A stretch of 64,000 bases of DNA from Mesotaenium endlicherianum. Lineage: Eukaryota. Below the pieces are notes generated by a model that did not search any database, was not told where the DNA came from, and saw only the letters and a list, made by a program, of their open reading frames with translations. The stretch lies in assembly GCA_009602735.1 (NCBI GenBank), contig WELA01003597.1, positions 62,001 through 126,000 on the forward strand, written 5' to 3'. How positions within the stretch are numbered: the first letter of the stretch is position 1; every line of letters begins with the position of its first letter. Positions 46,591 to 59,212 of this stretch are shown here, piece after piece. The position numbers were made by a program, and so were the translations under genes.

Positions 46591-47890
46591 ATGGTAAGAA
46601 CAAGGTCTCAAACTAGCAACTCTCGTGAAATAGAGGGTGAGGACAATGATAACATTGAGGAAGGACAGGACGAAAGCCGCGTCTTCGGACCCCGTACCTA
46701 CTAAGAAACGCTACATGATGCAGGAGCCAGAGAAGCTGCAAAGGAGGCAACAACTCTTGCTGTGGTAGCAGCTCAGCTTGCTGAGGATGAGCGTTTAGCC
46801 AAGGAGGAAGACGAGGCAGAAAATAGGAGGGCCCCTGACGGAAGGACGGTGGAAGAGCAGATGGCAGAGAGGGCCAATTTTCAAAACCAACCTCCTGCTA
46901 TGCCTACAGTTACACCTCTTCTTCATATTTGCAAACAATTACGTGCATCAGGCATAGCCGGAGCGGCAGCAATCGGGAATGCGGAATCTGCTACTAATTG
47001 AGCTAATGTTGCTGCTGCTGCGTTTGCTGGGCTACCACCTAAGAATGTAGATCTGGGAACATTATTTGTGCAAATGCAATTGCATATTGCGAGCATGTAT
47101 CAGTTCCAACAGGAGGACAAAAGGATCATGATGGGATTGCTGCGTGACAGAGGCCAAGCGGGTTCTCAAACCACTGGTGGTGGTGGCAGAGGGCCAAGTA
47201 AGCCTAAGCCAAAACTTCCTCAAGGCTATGACTATAAGGGAAATAAAAAGTGCTACTTGATCAAGTTTCTCGCTGATGTTGAGCAGTGGCTAGAGAACTA
47301 CCCAGAACGGCAGGACTACGAGAAAGTCAGGCACACTGGTGCTCTACTGAAATGTAGTGCAGCAGACTCCGATTGTATTGGAAAGGAGAGCGTAAGGCTC
47401 AGCAACTTGGTGATCCTATTTGGGTAGAGTTTGTCGAGAAGCTGCATAAAAAGTTTGATGTTATCAATCAGCAGGAGAAAACTACCTATGCGATGATCTC
47501 CTTGACACTGAAGCAGACCACTTCAATTGCTGAGTTTGCCAAGAAGTTCGAGGTCTCAGGTCATTTTGCTGAAGAGATATGAGAAATTGATTGACTTGAT
47601 CCAAGATGCTGATGCCTGGGATCAGCAGCAGTTCAATCACAAGTGCCAGAGTAATGCTTTGGTGTCTAAGATTGTCAAAAACCAAAACGGAACCTACAAT
47701 GCAATTGAAGGAGATCAGGCCAAGGACAATCAGAGTGATGAGTATGAGTATGAGTAAAACGCTATGCAGTTAGAGGGAGAGGTAAATACTCTCGAGATGG
47801 CTATGGAAGAGGTGGTGGTAACGTTTAAGCCGAGACCAGCCTCAGCAAAATCTATTTGCTACCATTGCCAGGACTTGGGCCACTATAGAG
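46591..47890 (+). pseudogene. Degenerate gag (family B)
   Basis: MVRTRSQ start; capsid-like KPKLPQGYDY..FLADVEQWLENY, WVEFVEKLHKKF, LKQTTSIAEF; knuckle remnant ICYHCQDLGHY; several stops and frameshifts. Confidence 0.8.
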
Positions 47891-47892
47891 AG

Positions 47893-50800
47893 CAACTTAA
47901 CTTGTTGTCGCCTCGACAACATTAAACTGCAGAAGTTTTAAAATAAGGGAACTGAACCTGTCCAGCCTTCCCCACCGACTGCCTCTTCAGCTTCTCACAT
48001 AGGGGGTTGTTCCTGGGGCTTTAGGATCAAGAGACGGAGATCTGGACCTAGATCTGGACAGCCCTTTTGGTCTGTCAGCTGGCCTTCTGAAGAACCCCGT
48101 TTGTTCTAGAGTTGGACCTCGAGGAGAACGAAGGATGGTAGCCTGCTCTTCAACCACTTGAGTGTTGATCCCCACATAGACAGGCATTCCAGTAGGATGC
48201 TGAAATACATTGGCAAGAGGTACATGTCCCTGAGCGAAGGGGGAGGCTGGCATACCTCTGGCCACCCCGCGTGTCCCTCTCCTGGCACCTCTGTCCTCTG
48301 GGGATTTCTGCCTGTGTCTGCTGCCAAGTACAGTCAGATCAGCTTCTTCCCCTGCTTGGGCAGGTGGGCTGGGGGAGCGAGTGCGGGGTCTAGTTGCCTC
48401 CATGACCGGGATCACATTCCATACGCCTGATCTTGGTTCCTTAAAGAGTGCCCCTGCCTGCCCCTGGGTCTCCTGAGTACCAGATCCTGATGCTTCTCCT
48501 CTGCCTTGTTCTTCTTGCTCATCCTCCTCATCCTCCTCCTCTGAGAGAGTAGGAGTCTCGTCCACTAAGTCGTCCTGCTCCCTGGAAGACATGGAGTAGT
48601 CTACTGACCTCCCTTTCTTAGGGCGCGCTGGGGGTTGCATGGCCTTCAGCCTGCTGATATCTATCCAGCCTGCATTCTTCGCCCATTTGACGAAGGCATG
48701 CTTTCCCTTAGAAAAGTAGTCTCTCCCCCTCCTCCTGTGCTCTTAGGTCTCTGCATTCATATTGCTCAGGCAGCCATTCAGCCTGGGGTCCCAAGGGGCA
48801 ATGTGAGGTGGTAGGATGAGGTAGCCGTCTAGGCCATAGTGGAAATCGTCTGGTTGGGCTCGGTCACACTCCTGCTTTTTGTTTGTGACGGTATGTTGAC
48901 TAAAATTCCTTTCTTGCAAGTTAAGTCTTCTAGAGAGTGCATCAGCAGGATTCAACTTCCCTGGTTTGTAGCCGATCTGGACTTGGAACTGCTCCAGCAT
49001 CTGCTCCAGCGGTTCTCTCTCCTTGACAGCTTGGACTTCTTTTGAAAGTGAGTCAGAGCTAGATGATCTGTGATCACCTTAAAAGCTTTACCATGTAAGT
49101 ATGCTCTCCACTGTTTGAGCACATGAATGATAGCTAGCAGCTCTTTATCATGCACGGAGTAATGAATCTTCGCTGGATTGAATTTCATAGACTCGTACAA
49201 CACAGGGTGCCACTCCTGCCGTACCTTACCATCCTTTGTGGTTTTGTCAGCAGGCTGCGACAAAATAGCACCCATGGCAAAGTCAGAGGCATCCGTGACC
49301 ACCTGCACCGGTTTGCTGGGGTCATACACGGCTAGCACTGGGGCAGAACAAAGGGCATCCTTAACGGTCTAGAAGGCAGCCTGCTGCTCTTCCCCCCACA
49401 AATACCCTATGTCTTTCTTAGTAAGGTCAGTCAGTTTACTGGCCTTTGTGGAATAATTCTCAATAAATCCTATAGTAGTTAGCCAACCCGAGGAAGGATC
49501 TAACTTCAGAGACCGACTGTGGTAAAAGCCAGTCCCTTATGGTCTGGACTTTCTTAGGATCCACACTGATGCCCTCTTAACTAACAACGTGGCCTAAGAA
49601 TTCGATACTTTCCTTAAAGAAATCACACTTGCTCATTTTAGCATAAAACTGATTTCTTCTCAGAGTCTGCATGACTGTCTTTAAGTGTGCAGCGTACTGA
49701 GCTTCATCTTTAGAGAAAATTAAAATATCATCCAGGAAAACTTGCACAAACTTATCCAAAAAAGGTCTGAAAATGTCATTCATAGCACCCATGAAGGTGG
49801 CAGGAGCATTAGTCAGTCCAAATGGCATCACGTTGAACTCATAGTGTCCATAATGTGTACGGAAGGCAGTCTTGTGTTCATCCCCCTCAGCAATTCTGAT
49901 TTGATGATAACCACTCTTGAGATCTATCTTACTGAACACCTTAGCACCAAACAGGGTATCAAGCAAGTCCTCGATCCTGGGTAAAGCATATTTGTTCTTT
50001 ACTGTAATTCTGTTGAGGGCTCTGTAATCCACACACATCCGCATACTGCCATCCTTTTTCTTAACCAATAGGATGGGTGCGCCGTAAGGTGATTTACTGG
50101 GGGAAATATAACCATTTTCCTCAAGCTCTGCAATCTGTGTTTTCAACTCCTCGCTCTCCACATAAGACAAGCCGTAGGTGCGTTGCCAGGGTGGCTGACT
50201 CCCAGGTAATAGATCAATCCTATGATCTACTTCCCTCTTAGGTGGTAGTCTCGGAGGCATATTAAAAACATCCGTGTACTGAGCAACAATTTTGCAGCAG
50301 TAGGGTGCTCCGGAGGGCTTACCTTTTTCTCAACCACTTCTTTAGGTTGAGGAGGTACCTCTCTTAGCAGCAGACAGAACATTCTGTCTTCCTTCTGGTT
50401 CCAGCTTTTGACGAACTCCATTGCATTCAGCAACTTGCATCCTTCTGGAAGCCTCTTCTTTTCCTTCATTTGCCATCCACACAGGACAAGAAGAAGAGCA
50501 CTGGTGGGTGCCAAGTCAGTCTGCCCATCACTGGCTCCTCTCACTTCAACTGTACCTTTGCTCCAACACACTTCAGCTTGATGTCTATTAAGCCACGACC
50601 TGCCTAGCACGAGATCATAGAAGCCAGTGTTGAGTACCTCAAATGTAAGCGTTTCAATTAGAACTACAATGCCAGAACCTAGCTGGACCTTAATAGGCTT
50701 GGTTATAACTCCTCCCGGGATACTTGAGGCATCTCCAAAGAATATTTTTCTATTCCCTTGGGTGACAGTAGGCAGCCTTAGCCGCTTAACTAAGTCCTTG

Positions 50801-51028
50801 TGGATAAAAGTATGTGACGCCCCTCCGTCAACAAATGCCCTCACCTTCCTACCTGCAATCATGCAATGCAGTAGAATAGGGGGGCCTGACTTCTCCTGAC
50901 TTTTGCATTGTTATCCTGACTTGGCAAAAAAATGTTGGACATGAGGTGGAACAAGATCATCCTGAGCGTGCACTCTCTGGATGTCTATATTGTTGATGGT
51001 CTCCTTTATCTGGTTGTCAGGCATGCAT
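47893..51028 (-). mobile_element. Inverted, internally deleted family-B segment (gag end-protease-RT-RNase H fused to the accessory-ORF C-terminus and hairpin/PPT remnant)
   Basis: ORFs 50227-50862 (protease FVDGGASH), 49577-50260 (RT FLDD), 48952-49338 (RNase H VTDASDFA), 48743-49000 (fusion junction NFSQH|TVTNK), 47987-48640 (accessory tail); hairpin TGTTGTCG-CCT-CGACAACA at 47903-47921. Confidence 0.88.
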
Positions 51029-53361
51029 AGCGGCTAAGGCTGCCTACTGTCACCCAACGGAAAAGAAAAATATTCCTTGGAGATGCCTCAAGTATCCCGG
51101 GAGGAGTTATAACCAAGGCCATTGAGGTCTAGTTAGGTTCTGACATTGCAATTCTAACTGAAACGCTTGCATTTGAGGTACTCAACACTGGCTTTTACGA
51201 TCTTGTGCTAGGCAGTGCCTGGCTTAACGGACATCAAGCTGAAGTGTGTTGGAGCAGAGGTACAGTTGAAGTGAGAGGAGCCAGTGATGGGCAGACTGAC
51301 TTGTCACCCACCAGTGCTCTTCCTCTTGTCCTGTGTGGATGGCAAATGAAGGAAAAGAAGAGGCTTCTAGAAGGATGCAAGTTGCTGAATGCAATGGAGT
51401 TCGTCAAAAGCTGGAACTAGAAGGAAGACAGAATGTTCTGTCTGCTGCTAAGAGAGGTACCTCCTCAACCTGAAGAAGTGGTTGAGAAAAAGGTAAGCCC
51501 CCCGGAACACCATACTGCTGCAAAATTGTTGCTCAGTATACTGATGTATTTAATATGCCTCCAGGACTACCCCCTAAGAGGGAAGTAGATCATAAAATTG
51601 ATCTATTACCTTGGAGTCAACCACCTTGGGAACGCACGTATGGCTTGTCTTATGTGGAGAGCGAGGAGTTGAAAACACAGATTGCAGAGCTTGAGGAAAA
51701 TGGTTATATTTCTCCCAGTAAATCACCTTACGGCGCACCCATCCTATTTGTTAAGAAAAAGGATGGCAGTATGCGGATGTGTGTGGATTACAGAGCCCTG
51801 AACAGAATTACAGTAAAGAACAAGTATGCTTTACCCAGAATCGAGGACTTGCTTGATACCCTGTCTGGTGCTAAGGTGTTCAGTAAGATAGATCTCAAGA
51901 GTGGTTATCATCAAATCAGAATTGCTGAGGGGGATGAACACAAGACTGCCTTCCGCACACGTTATGGACACTATGAGTTCAACGTGATGCCATTTGGACT
52001 GACTAATGCTCCTGCCACCTTCATGGGTGCTATGAATGACATTTTTAGACCTTTTTTGGATAAGTTTGTGCAAGTTTTCCTGGATGATATTTTAATTTTC
52101 TCTAAAGATGAAGCTCAGTACGCTGAACACTTAAAGACAGTCCTGGACACTCTAAGAACGAATCACTTATATGCTAAAATGAGCAAGTGTGATTTCTTTA
52201 AGGAAAGTATTGAATTCTTAGGCCACGTTGTCAGTAAAGAGGGCATCAGTGTGGATCCTAAGAAAGTCCAGACCATAAGGGACTGGCCAGAACCACAGTC
52301 NCCAGAACCACAGTCTGTCTCTGAGGTTAGATCCTTCCTCGGGTTGGCTAACTAGTATAGGATATTTATTGAGAATTATTCCACAAAGGCCAGTAAACTG
52401 ACAGACCTTACTAATAAAGACATAGGGTATGTGTGGGGGGAAGAGCATCAGGCTGCCTTCCAGACCCTTAAAGATGCCCTTCGTTCTGCCCCAGTGCTAG
52501 CCGTGTATGACCCCAGCAAACCGGTGCAGGTGGTCACGGATGCCTCTGACTTTGCCATGGGTGCTATTTTGTCGCAGCCTGCTGACAAAACCACAAAGGA
52601 TGGTAAGGTACGGCAGGACTGGCACCCTGTGTTGTACGAGTCTATGAAATTCAATCCAGCGGAGATTAGTTACTTAGTGCATGATAAAGAGCTGCTAGCT
52701 ATCATTCATGTACTCAAACAGTGGAGAGCATACTTACATGGTAAAGCTTTTAAGGTGATTACAGATCATCTACCTCTGACTCACTTTCAGAAGAAGTCCA
52801 AGCTGTCGAGGAGGGAGAACCGCTGGAGCCAGATGCTGGAGCAGTTCCAAGTCCAGATCGACTAAAAACCAGGGAAGTTGAATCTTGCTGATGCACTCTC
52901 TAGAAGACCTGACTTGCAAGAAAGGAATTTTAGTCAGCATGCTGTAGATAAAGTCCTGTGTGCTTTCACTTCACTGAAGGTGAAAAAGTCCTTCCTAGAA
53001 CAACTTAGGAAAGCCTACCTTTCTGACCCAACATTTGAGCCCAGCCCCACTACTGGTGTGTGTCGTGCTACTGCACTCGGGTATAAGCTTAAGGGAGGGG
53101 TCTGGGTGACTGAAACCACTTCAGGCAGGCTGAAGCTGGTCATTCCTAATAACTTGGAAATAAGGTCTCTCTTACTGAGTCAAGCGCATGACAGTCTCCT
53201 GGGTGGACATTTGGGGCAGGCCAAAACTGTTGGCAAACTGGCAAAACATTATCTTTGGGAGGGGTTACCCCGAGAGGTCTTGAAATATGTCAAGTCCTGT
53301 GACCAGTGTCAGAGAAATAAGTCTCGGCACACACCACCCGGAGTTCTCTTACAACCACTGC
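51029..53361 (+). pseudogene. Family-B pol, part 1 (protease C-part, RT, RNase H, integrase HHCC zinc finger), interrupted by element C
   Basis: ORFs 51555-52355 ([44 protein letters not shown]), 52431-52865 (RNase H), 52878-53366 (HDSLLGGHLG..CDQCQRNK); in-frame stops. Confidence 0.92.
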
Positions 53362-53863
53362 TGTAGTGAAACAGATAGATCAAGTACTTAGTAAAACTGA
53401 ATAACTACCTATTCAAGACAAGGATCTTTGAACACAAGTGGTAGCTTCTTGAAAGAGAGATGGCTTCTTGAAAGTTAATATATTTCTGGATTTTGGCAAG
53501 TACAAGAGTGATTCTCGAATGTCTTTCTATGTTCTAGCTCTTGTTTATATACTTGCTACATAAGTAATTTCTAGGAAGGTGTATGTTGATGTGTTGGCAC
53601 CCAACACATCCCAAAACTTGCCACCTCTTTCTAGAATAATGTACACATGTCCTTTTGACCTAAAAATGGCACATCTGACTTTTGCCACATGGAGTTCTTC
53701 TAGGTCTTTCCTCTAACTTCGAAAATGCCTTGGAAGGTTCAAAGGACATGAACCAAGTTACTAGAGTACCTATTCACACTTGACTCCACACAATACTACT
53801 CCAAATATATTTGAAAACATTAAAATATATGCAAACTAATATATAATAACTCAAATCACTACA
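53362..53863 (-). repeat. 3' LTR of element C
   Basis: Direct repeat of 59213-59715, next to PPT. Confidence 0.95.
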
Positions 53864-53900
53864 TCACCCCCCCGATAAAAAAAGCGACGTCTCGGCGCGT

Positions 53901-54025
53901 CCAGTCAGGTCTTACACATGTGGAGCAAACTAGTCAACAGTTTCAAGTCAGATGCCACACATGTGAAGAGGACTAGTCAAAGGCGCCAAGTCAGGTGCTA
54001 CACATGTAAGGTAGACTAGGCAAGG
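53901..54025. repeat. Three ~42-bp tandem repeats in element C 3' UTR
   Basis: AGTCAGRTGYYACACATGT...ACTAGKCAA repeated three times. Confidence 0.75.
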
Positions 54026-54632
54026 TCGTAGGTGGTGTGACCTTATTGGCTAGCCTACTCCTTAATGATAAAGAAAATTGTACAAGTTGGCCCAGAATCT
54101 GCCACGAATGCAAAAATTCATAGCGGCCACAGAACAGCACCAAATCTAAAAGTTCGACTGTCAAACGGACCGCGTCGGAGAACTCTACCGGGTCACTAAA
54201 TTTGAGAGCATTCTCATTTCTGGAGTGTCGTTGAGAGCTGAGAGAGTAGGCACTCCTCCAAATCTGTGCAGAAACTTCTGAAAATCATAAGTCCTTCTAT
54301 ACTTCTCCAAATTCTGCAAACTAAGTCTCAAACTGGGCGCTGTAAGATGTTCTACCAGAGTCTTGAGTTTCAGAGCATTCCAAGTTCAGGGGAGGGCACA
54401 ATGTCAGAAGGCATATTCTGTCCTAACAATGCCAGCAGCCTGACCCCCTTCTACTTAGAGCATCATATCTCTCTCACCAATGCTCCAAATTGAGCAAACT
54501 TGGACTCTAAATGACCGACTACTCATGGACTCTAGCCAGGTAAATTTTCAGAATTTATTATGCAGAGACCTATCACCAGTAGCAGTTTTAGTTTTCTGTC
54601 CAGAAATTGCGAGAAGTGAAGAGTGTCTAATG

Positions 54633-57600
54633 TCAATTTTTCCTCTTTCTTGTTCTTGCAGGCTGCCTCCAAGGGGTCTTCTGCTGCTTCTTGATGGTGG
54701 CAGGCTGCCTCCCTGAAGTCTTTGGGCTTCTAGTAGAGAGACTTGGGGCTAGTCCAAGATGGGGATTGGCGGCATGGAAGCGCTTCAACTTTCTCTGAAC
54801 TTTGTCAAGGTAGTGCGCCGCCACCCAACTATTCTCCGAATCTGGATATCCTTTCCACTTGATCAAGTATTGCTGCTGTCTCCTGAAATGTCTCATAGCC
54901 ACTATGTCTTGCATTTCGTACTCCAAATGATCATCCACTATTGTTGGGGCTGGTGGGGTTGTCACACGTCCGGGGAACTTGTTGTCGGGTTGCACATATG
55001 GCTTGAAGAGGGAAGCGTGGAATACGGGGTCGATGTGCATAGTCTGGGGAAGTTCTAGCTTGAAAGCAACGGGGTTGACTTGCTGGATAATCTTGAAGGG
55101 TCCCAAATACTTGGGAGAGAACTTGCTGCCGGCAGGCCTGTTGTTCAGGGAAATGTTCTTGGATGATAGTAACACGTTGTCACCCACTCTGTACGTAATT
55201 TCTCTTCTGGATCTGTTCGCCACTCTTGCTTGAGCATCTTGCGCGTGTTGTAGAGCTTTCTTCGCTGCTGTAAGGGCTGCTTCTAATGTCTCCATAAAAT
55301 CTGTGGCTGCAGGTACTTCATCATGGCCAGCCGTGAAGCTCAGTGGCGTGGTCGGATGGAAGCCATAGTTGAGGAAGAATGGGGACTCTTGGGTAGAGGC
55401 CTGCGTAGTGTTGTTGTAGGCAAACTCGAGGGGGGTCAAGTACATGTCCCAGTCTTGCTCGAGGGTAGACACGTAGGCCTTTAGAGAGGTCTTTAGGGTA
55501 CAATTCATACGCTCGGTTTGCCCATCTGAGTGTGGGTGGTAGGCTGAAATGAATCGACTTACCAAATAGGCGATTAACAATTAATAAAGATCTTTATATC
55601 AGCAAGTAATCTTTATGGTATTTCCGTTAACTAGTTAAACGGCAAAGGACAATACACTAGCAGGAGATAATACTCGTAAGTCAAATGCGAGTAAACTAGC
55701 ATCAATGATGCAAATCAGTAAACTCATGCATAAGCAAGGTTAGAAGACAGTGCGTATCAATGGCTTCTCGCCTTCGATTCAGAGTTCTCTCAGTAAGCTG
55801 TACAAGAGAGTTGGCCTCGTTTCCGAATGCCGAACTCGAGAGCAATGCCTAGCATATGTACATGGAATGAGTTTACTGTTCAACGGTCAGTGCGATGGTA
55901 CCGCCTACCCGGGAGTTAACCTCGTTGGTAGGACCTCGGTTAACCAAATCCACCGCCATCTCCCATCATCCCGAATAGCCATCCATCATGGGGATGTCAT
56001 CTGGCCATTCGTCTAGCAGGTGGTATTTAGATGCATATCAAGGCAGTTCGCTGCTACCGAGCACGGAAGTCAGCTGGCTGTCAAAGAATGTGTCAGCAAG
56101 CTGACTTAAGTTGACTTCAGCCTGCTGCTTTTGGCCGAGTCATTAAACTGATAATTATGTAAAGTCCAGCAGACTGATTACTAACTAAAAGTCAGCAGAC
56201 TGATCACTAACTAAAATTCAGCAGACTGACTACTAACTAAAGTCCAGCAGGCTGAACTAAATTAACTATTATATTTAAATGAATATTATATCTACTAATA
56301 TACTGATTCATTACATAGGCAGTAGACATATCCAGCGATGCACCCAAGTTCTTGAAGAGATTTTTCCAGAAATGGCTTGTGAATCTTGGATCTCTATCTG
56401 ACACAATTCTTGATGGTAGTCCATGGAGTCGGAAGATGTTGTCAAAGATGAGTCTTGCAAGTTGTGGTGCTGTAGCCTTAGTCGTCGTGGGAATAAAATG
56501 AGCCATCTTGNGGTCCATCTTGATGCCATCAGCAGTCACGTGGAGACCTAGGAACTCCACTTCTTGTTTGGCAAACTTGCACTCTGACTCCTTTGCAAAT
56601 AGCTTGTTTTGCTTCAATACTTCTAGGACTTCTTTCAAGTGTCTCGCATGCTCTTCAAGGGTCTTGCTGTATTTAAGGATGTCATCGATGAATACCACCA
56701 CAAATCTGTCCAACATGGGCTGAAATATGGTGTTCATCATAGTCATGAAAGTTGCTGGCGCGTTGGTGAGTCCAAATGGCAAGACCATGAACTCAAAATG
56801 TCCATATCTTGTCCTGAATGCCGTCTTCTCTATGTCCGGTTCTGCGATGCGAATCTGGTGGTAGCCGCTCCGTAAGTCAATCTTCGTGAAGTACTTGGCT
56901 CCAACCAGCCGGTCCATGAGCTCATCCATGCGCGGCAGCGGGTATCGATTCTTGATGGTGATCTTGTTGAGGGCGCGATAGTCCACACACATCCTCAAGG
57001 TACCATCTTTCTTCTTGACAAATAGCACCGGGGCTCCAAATGGCGACTTGCTAGGTCGAATGAAGCCATGCTCCAGTAGCTCCTTGATTTGCTTCTTGAC
57101 TTCGTCTAGCTCCGTGTATGACATTTTGAACGTAGGCCGAGAGATGGGCTTGCTTCCGGGCTCCAACTCTATCTTGTGGTCTACGAATCTTTTGGGGGGT
57201 AGGCCCTTGGGCAATTCCGGGGAAAAACCTTTTTTGTAGTCCTTTAAGACTTCTTGTATCTCCTTGGGAACGGGGCTGCCTTCTTGACTCTCGATGTCTT
57301 TCTTGATGTCTTTTGGCGTGATCAAGGCCAAAAGAAGCTCGTGTCCCTTCCTCACAAGTCTCTTGAGTTGGAGGGCGGACAATAGTATCTCGTGTGCCGG
57401 CTTCTCGATGTCTTGGGTCTGGATATTCTGGATTGCGCGCAAAATACAGATTCTTGAAGTGATGTCATTCTTGATCTTGATAGTACCGGTCCTCCAATCA
57501 ACTTGGGGGTTGTGCTTGGTCAACCAAGGCGTCCCTAGGATGACGTCGTACTTGCCCAATTGCATGGGGGAGAACACTACTCTATCCTTGAAGGACTTGA

Positions 57601-57973
57601 TAGAGAGTGCCAAGGGGTACGTCTTCTTGGAAGGGGTAGTATAGGAGAATCCATCGGGCATCATAATCTCCTCGTCGTGGTCAAGAGTTCGCATAGTAAT
57701 ACCGTGCTTGGTGGCAAAATCTGCAGCAATGAAGTTGCCTTGAGCTCCGCTATCCACCAAGATGTGGACCTTCTCTCCTCCAAGGTAACCTCTCAAACTC
57801 ATTGGGGCTGGAACGTCGTCTTCAACGGGGGTCTCCACCTCACTTGGCGTGTTGCCTTCTCGTGAAGTGGGTCTTGGGGTGGTAGGCTCCTGGCCTACCG
57901 GCGCTGTCCGTTTTTTGACAACTTTTTGGGGCATGAAAGTGCACGATGGCCCTTTTCCTTGCAATAGAAGCAT
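54633..57973 (-). CDS. Element C pol (protease, RT, integrase, chromodomain); split by a solo LTR and an assembly N
   Basis: [11 protein letters not shown] protease; [19 protein letters not shown]; integrase [30 protein letters not shown]; chromodomain [16 protein letters not shown]. Confidence 0.9.
55545..56315 (-). mobile_element. Solo LTR (family B) inserted in element C integrase
   Basis: TGAAATGAATC...GATTCATTACA flanked by 5-bp TSD TAGGC (55540-55544 and 56316-56320); removing it restores [14 protein letters not shown]. Confidence 0.95.
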
Positions 57974-59100
57974 AGTCCAGCCGTCATGAGAGCTTCTTTT
58001 TCAGCCGGGGAGAGTCTTGCTTTCACTCCTTGCTGGTTTCTTGCATCATAAGTGTCATTGGAGGGTCTTCCACTCTTCCGGGCAGCCGCGGGGTCCCTTT
58101 TAATAACTCCGATTTCCATGGGTGTGGGTCCAGATTCGGATGTGGAAGGGGCTGCGTACACCCGCGTCGTCGGTACCCGTGAAGATGAAGGCACGGAGTG
58201 CTTGAAATCCAAGGTATCCACCTTTTGGGCCACTTCAATGATCTTTGAGAAGTCCGTCAAGTCGCGTAACTCCACTTCCTTTGCCACCTTGGGTTTGAGG
58301 CCAAAGATGTAACGGTCAATCTTCTCCTCGAGAGACATGTTGGGGATCTCAAGAGTGAGGGCGTGAAATCTGGATGTATACTCTTGAACGGACGTCGTTT
58401 GCTTGAGATGGTGGAGCTTTCCTCGGGCAATCTTCTCCGCATTGATGGGCATGAATTGCTTCTTGAGGGCCTCACGAAAATCTGCCCATCTTGCATATGA
58501 TGGTGGGGGCTCTTGGCCGAGCATGGGGTGCGCCATAGCTTGATATATAGCCGCTTGATAGTTACGCCACCATGATGTTGCTGCTCCTCTAAGTAAGGTA
58601 ACGGCAAAGGGAACGTAGTCCTCCTCGGGTACTTCAAGGAACGCGAGGTACGTCTCCACTTGGTAGAGCCATAAATTCAGGTTGGCACCTTTCCCGGGGT
58701 TGAAAGTGTCGGGTTTGCCGGGCTTGATGAGTTTCCTTGCTCTCGTTGGCTCTTGTGGAGGCGCTTGAGCCGGGGCTGGATTTTGAGGATTGCTCGCAAT
58801 AGGGGCAACCATGGCAGCCATAGCTTCTCTTGACGCTTGCACGGTTGCTTCATAGGTGGCCAGGCCCACTTGGTTGTGGACGGTCATTAGGAAGGCTGCC
58901 CACTCATTTGCGGGAACTCCTTGTGGTGGGGTCAACTTTGCTATAGCGGCTGCCACGGGATTTGACGGTGCTCCTCCTTGTGGTGCTTCTTGTTGTTGCA
59001 GATTTCCTTGAGTAGGCTCTCCCATCGACGCTGGAGGAGGGTGTGCTCCTCCTTGTGGTGCTTCTTGTTGTTGCAGATTTTCTTGAGTGGGCTCTCCCAT
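57895..59100 (-). CDS. Element C gag, 401 aa, intact
   Basis: Retrotransposon gag capsid ([43 protein letters not shown]), PTPMEIG, CCHC knuckle [14 protein letters not shown]; 75-nt N-terminal duplication. Confidence 0.95.
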   Translation of the reverse strand: MGEPTQENLQQQEAPQGGAHPPPASMGEPTQGNLQQQEAPQGGAPSNPVAAAIAKLTPPQGVPANEWAAFLMTVHNQVGLATYEATVQASREAMAAMVAPIASNPQNPAPAQAPPQEPTRARKLIKPGKPDTFNPGKGANLNLWLYQVETYLAFLEVPEEDYVPFAVTLLRGAATSWWRNYQAAIYQAMAHPMLGQEPPPSYARWADFREALKKQFMPINAEKIARGKLHHLKQTTSVQEYTSRFHALTLEIPNMSLEEKIDRYIFGLKPKVAKEVELRDLTDFSKIIEVAQKVDTLDFKHSVPSSSRVPTTRVYAAPSTSESGPTPMEIGVIKRDPAAARKSGRPSNDTYDARNQQGVKARLSPAEKEALMTAGLCFYCKEKGHRALSCPKKLSKNGQRR

Positions 59101-59212
59101 CGGCGCTGGAGGAGGGTGTCTTGGAGAGGAAGGGCTTCCTTCGAAAGCTTGCTGTTGGTCTTGAGGATTGGTTATCTTCTTGTGCTACCAATGTGCCTAG
59201 CTCCGATACCAC

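Noticed and set aside
52287..52315. 14-bp duplication CCAGAACCACAGTC in RT/RNase H
   Set aside because: Flanks a single N and is absent from the inverted copy; contig-join artefact.
53901..54025. Repeat-spacer-like pattern resembling CRISPR
   Set aside because: Eukaryotic retrotransposon UTR; the 'spacers' are themselves similar and there are no cas genes. Ordinary tandem repeat.
56505..56520. Element C apparently lacking RNase H and integrase N-terminus
   Set aside because: The junction coincides with an N, so missing sequence is more likely than a real deletion.
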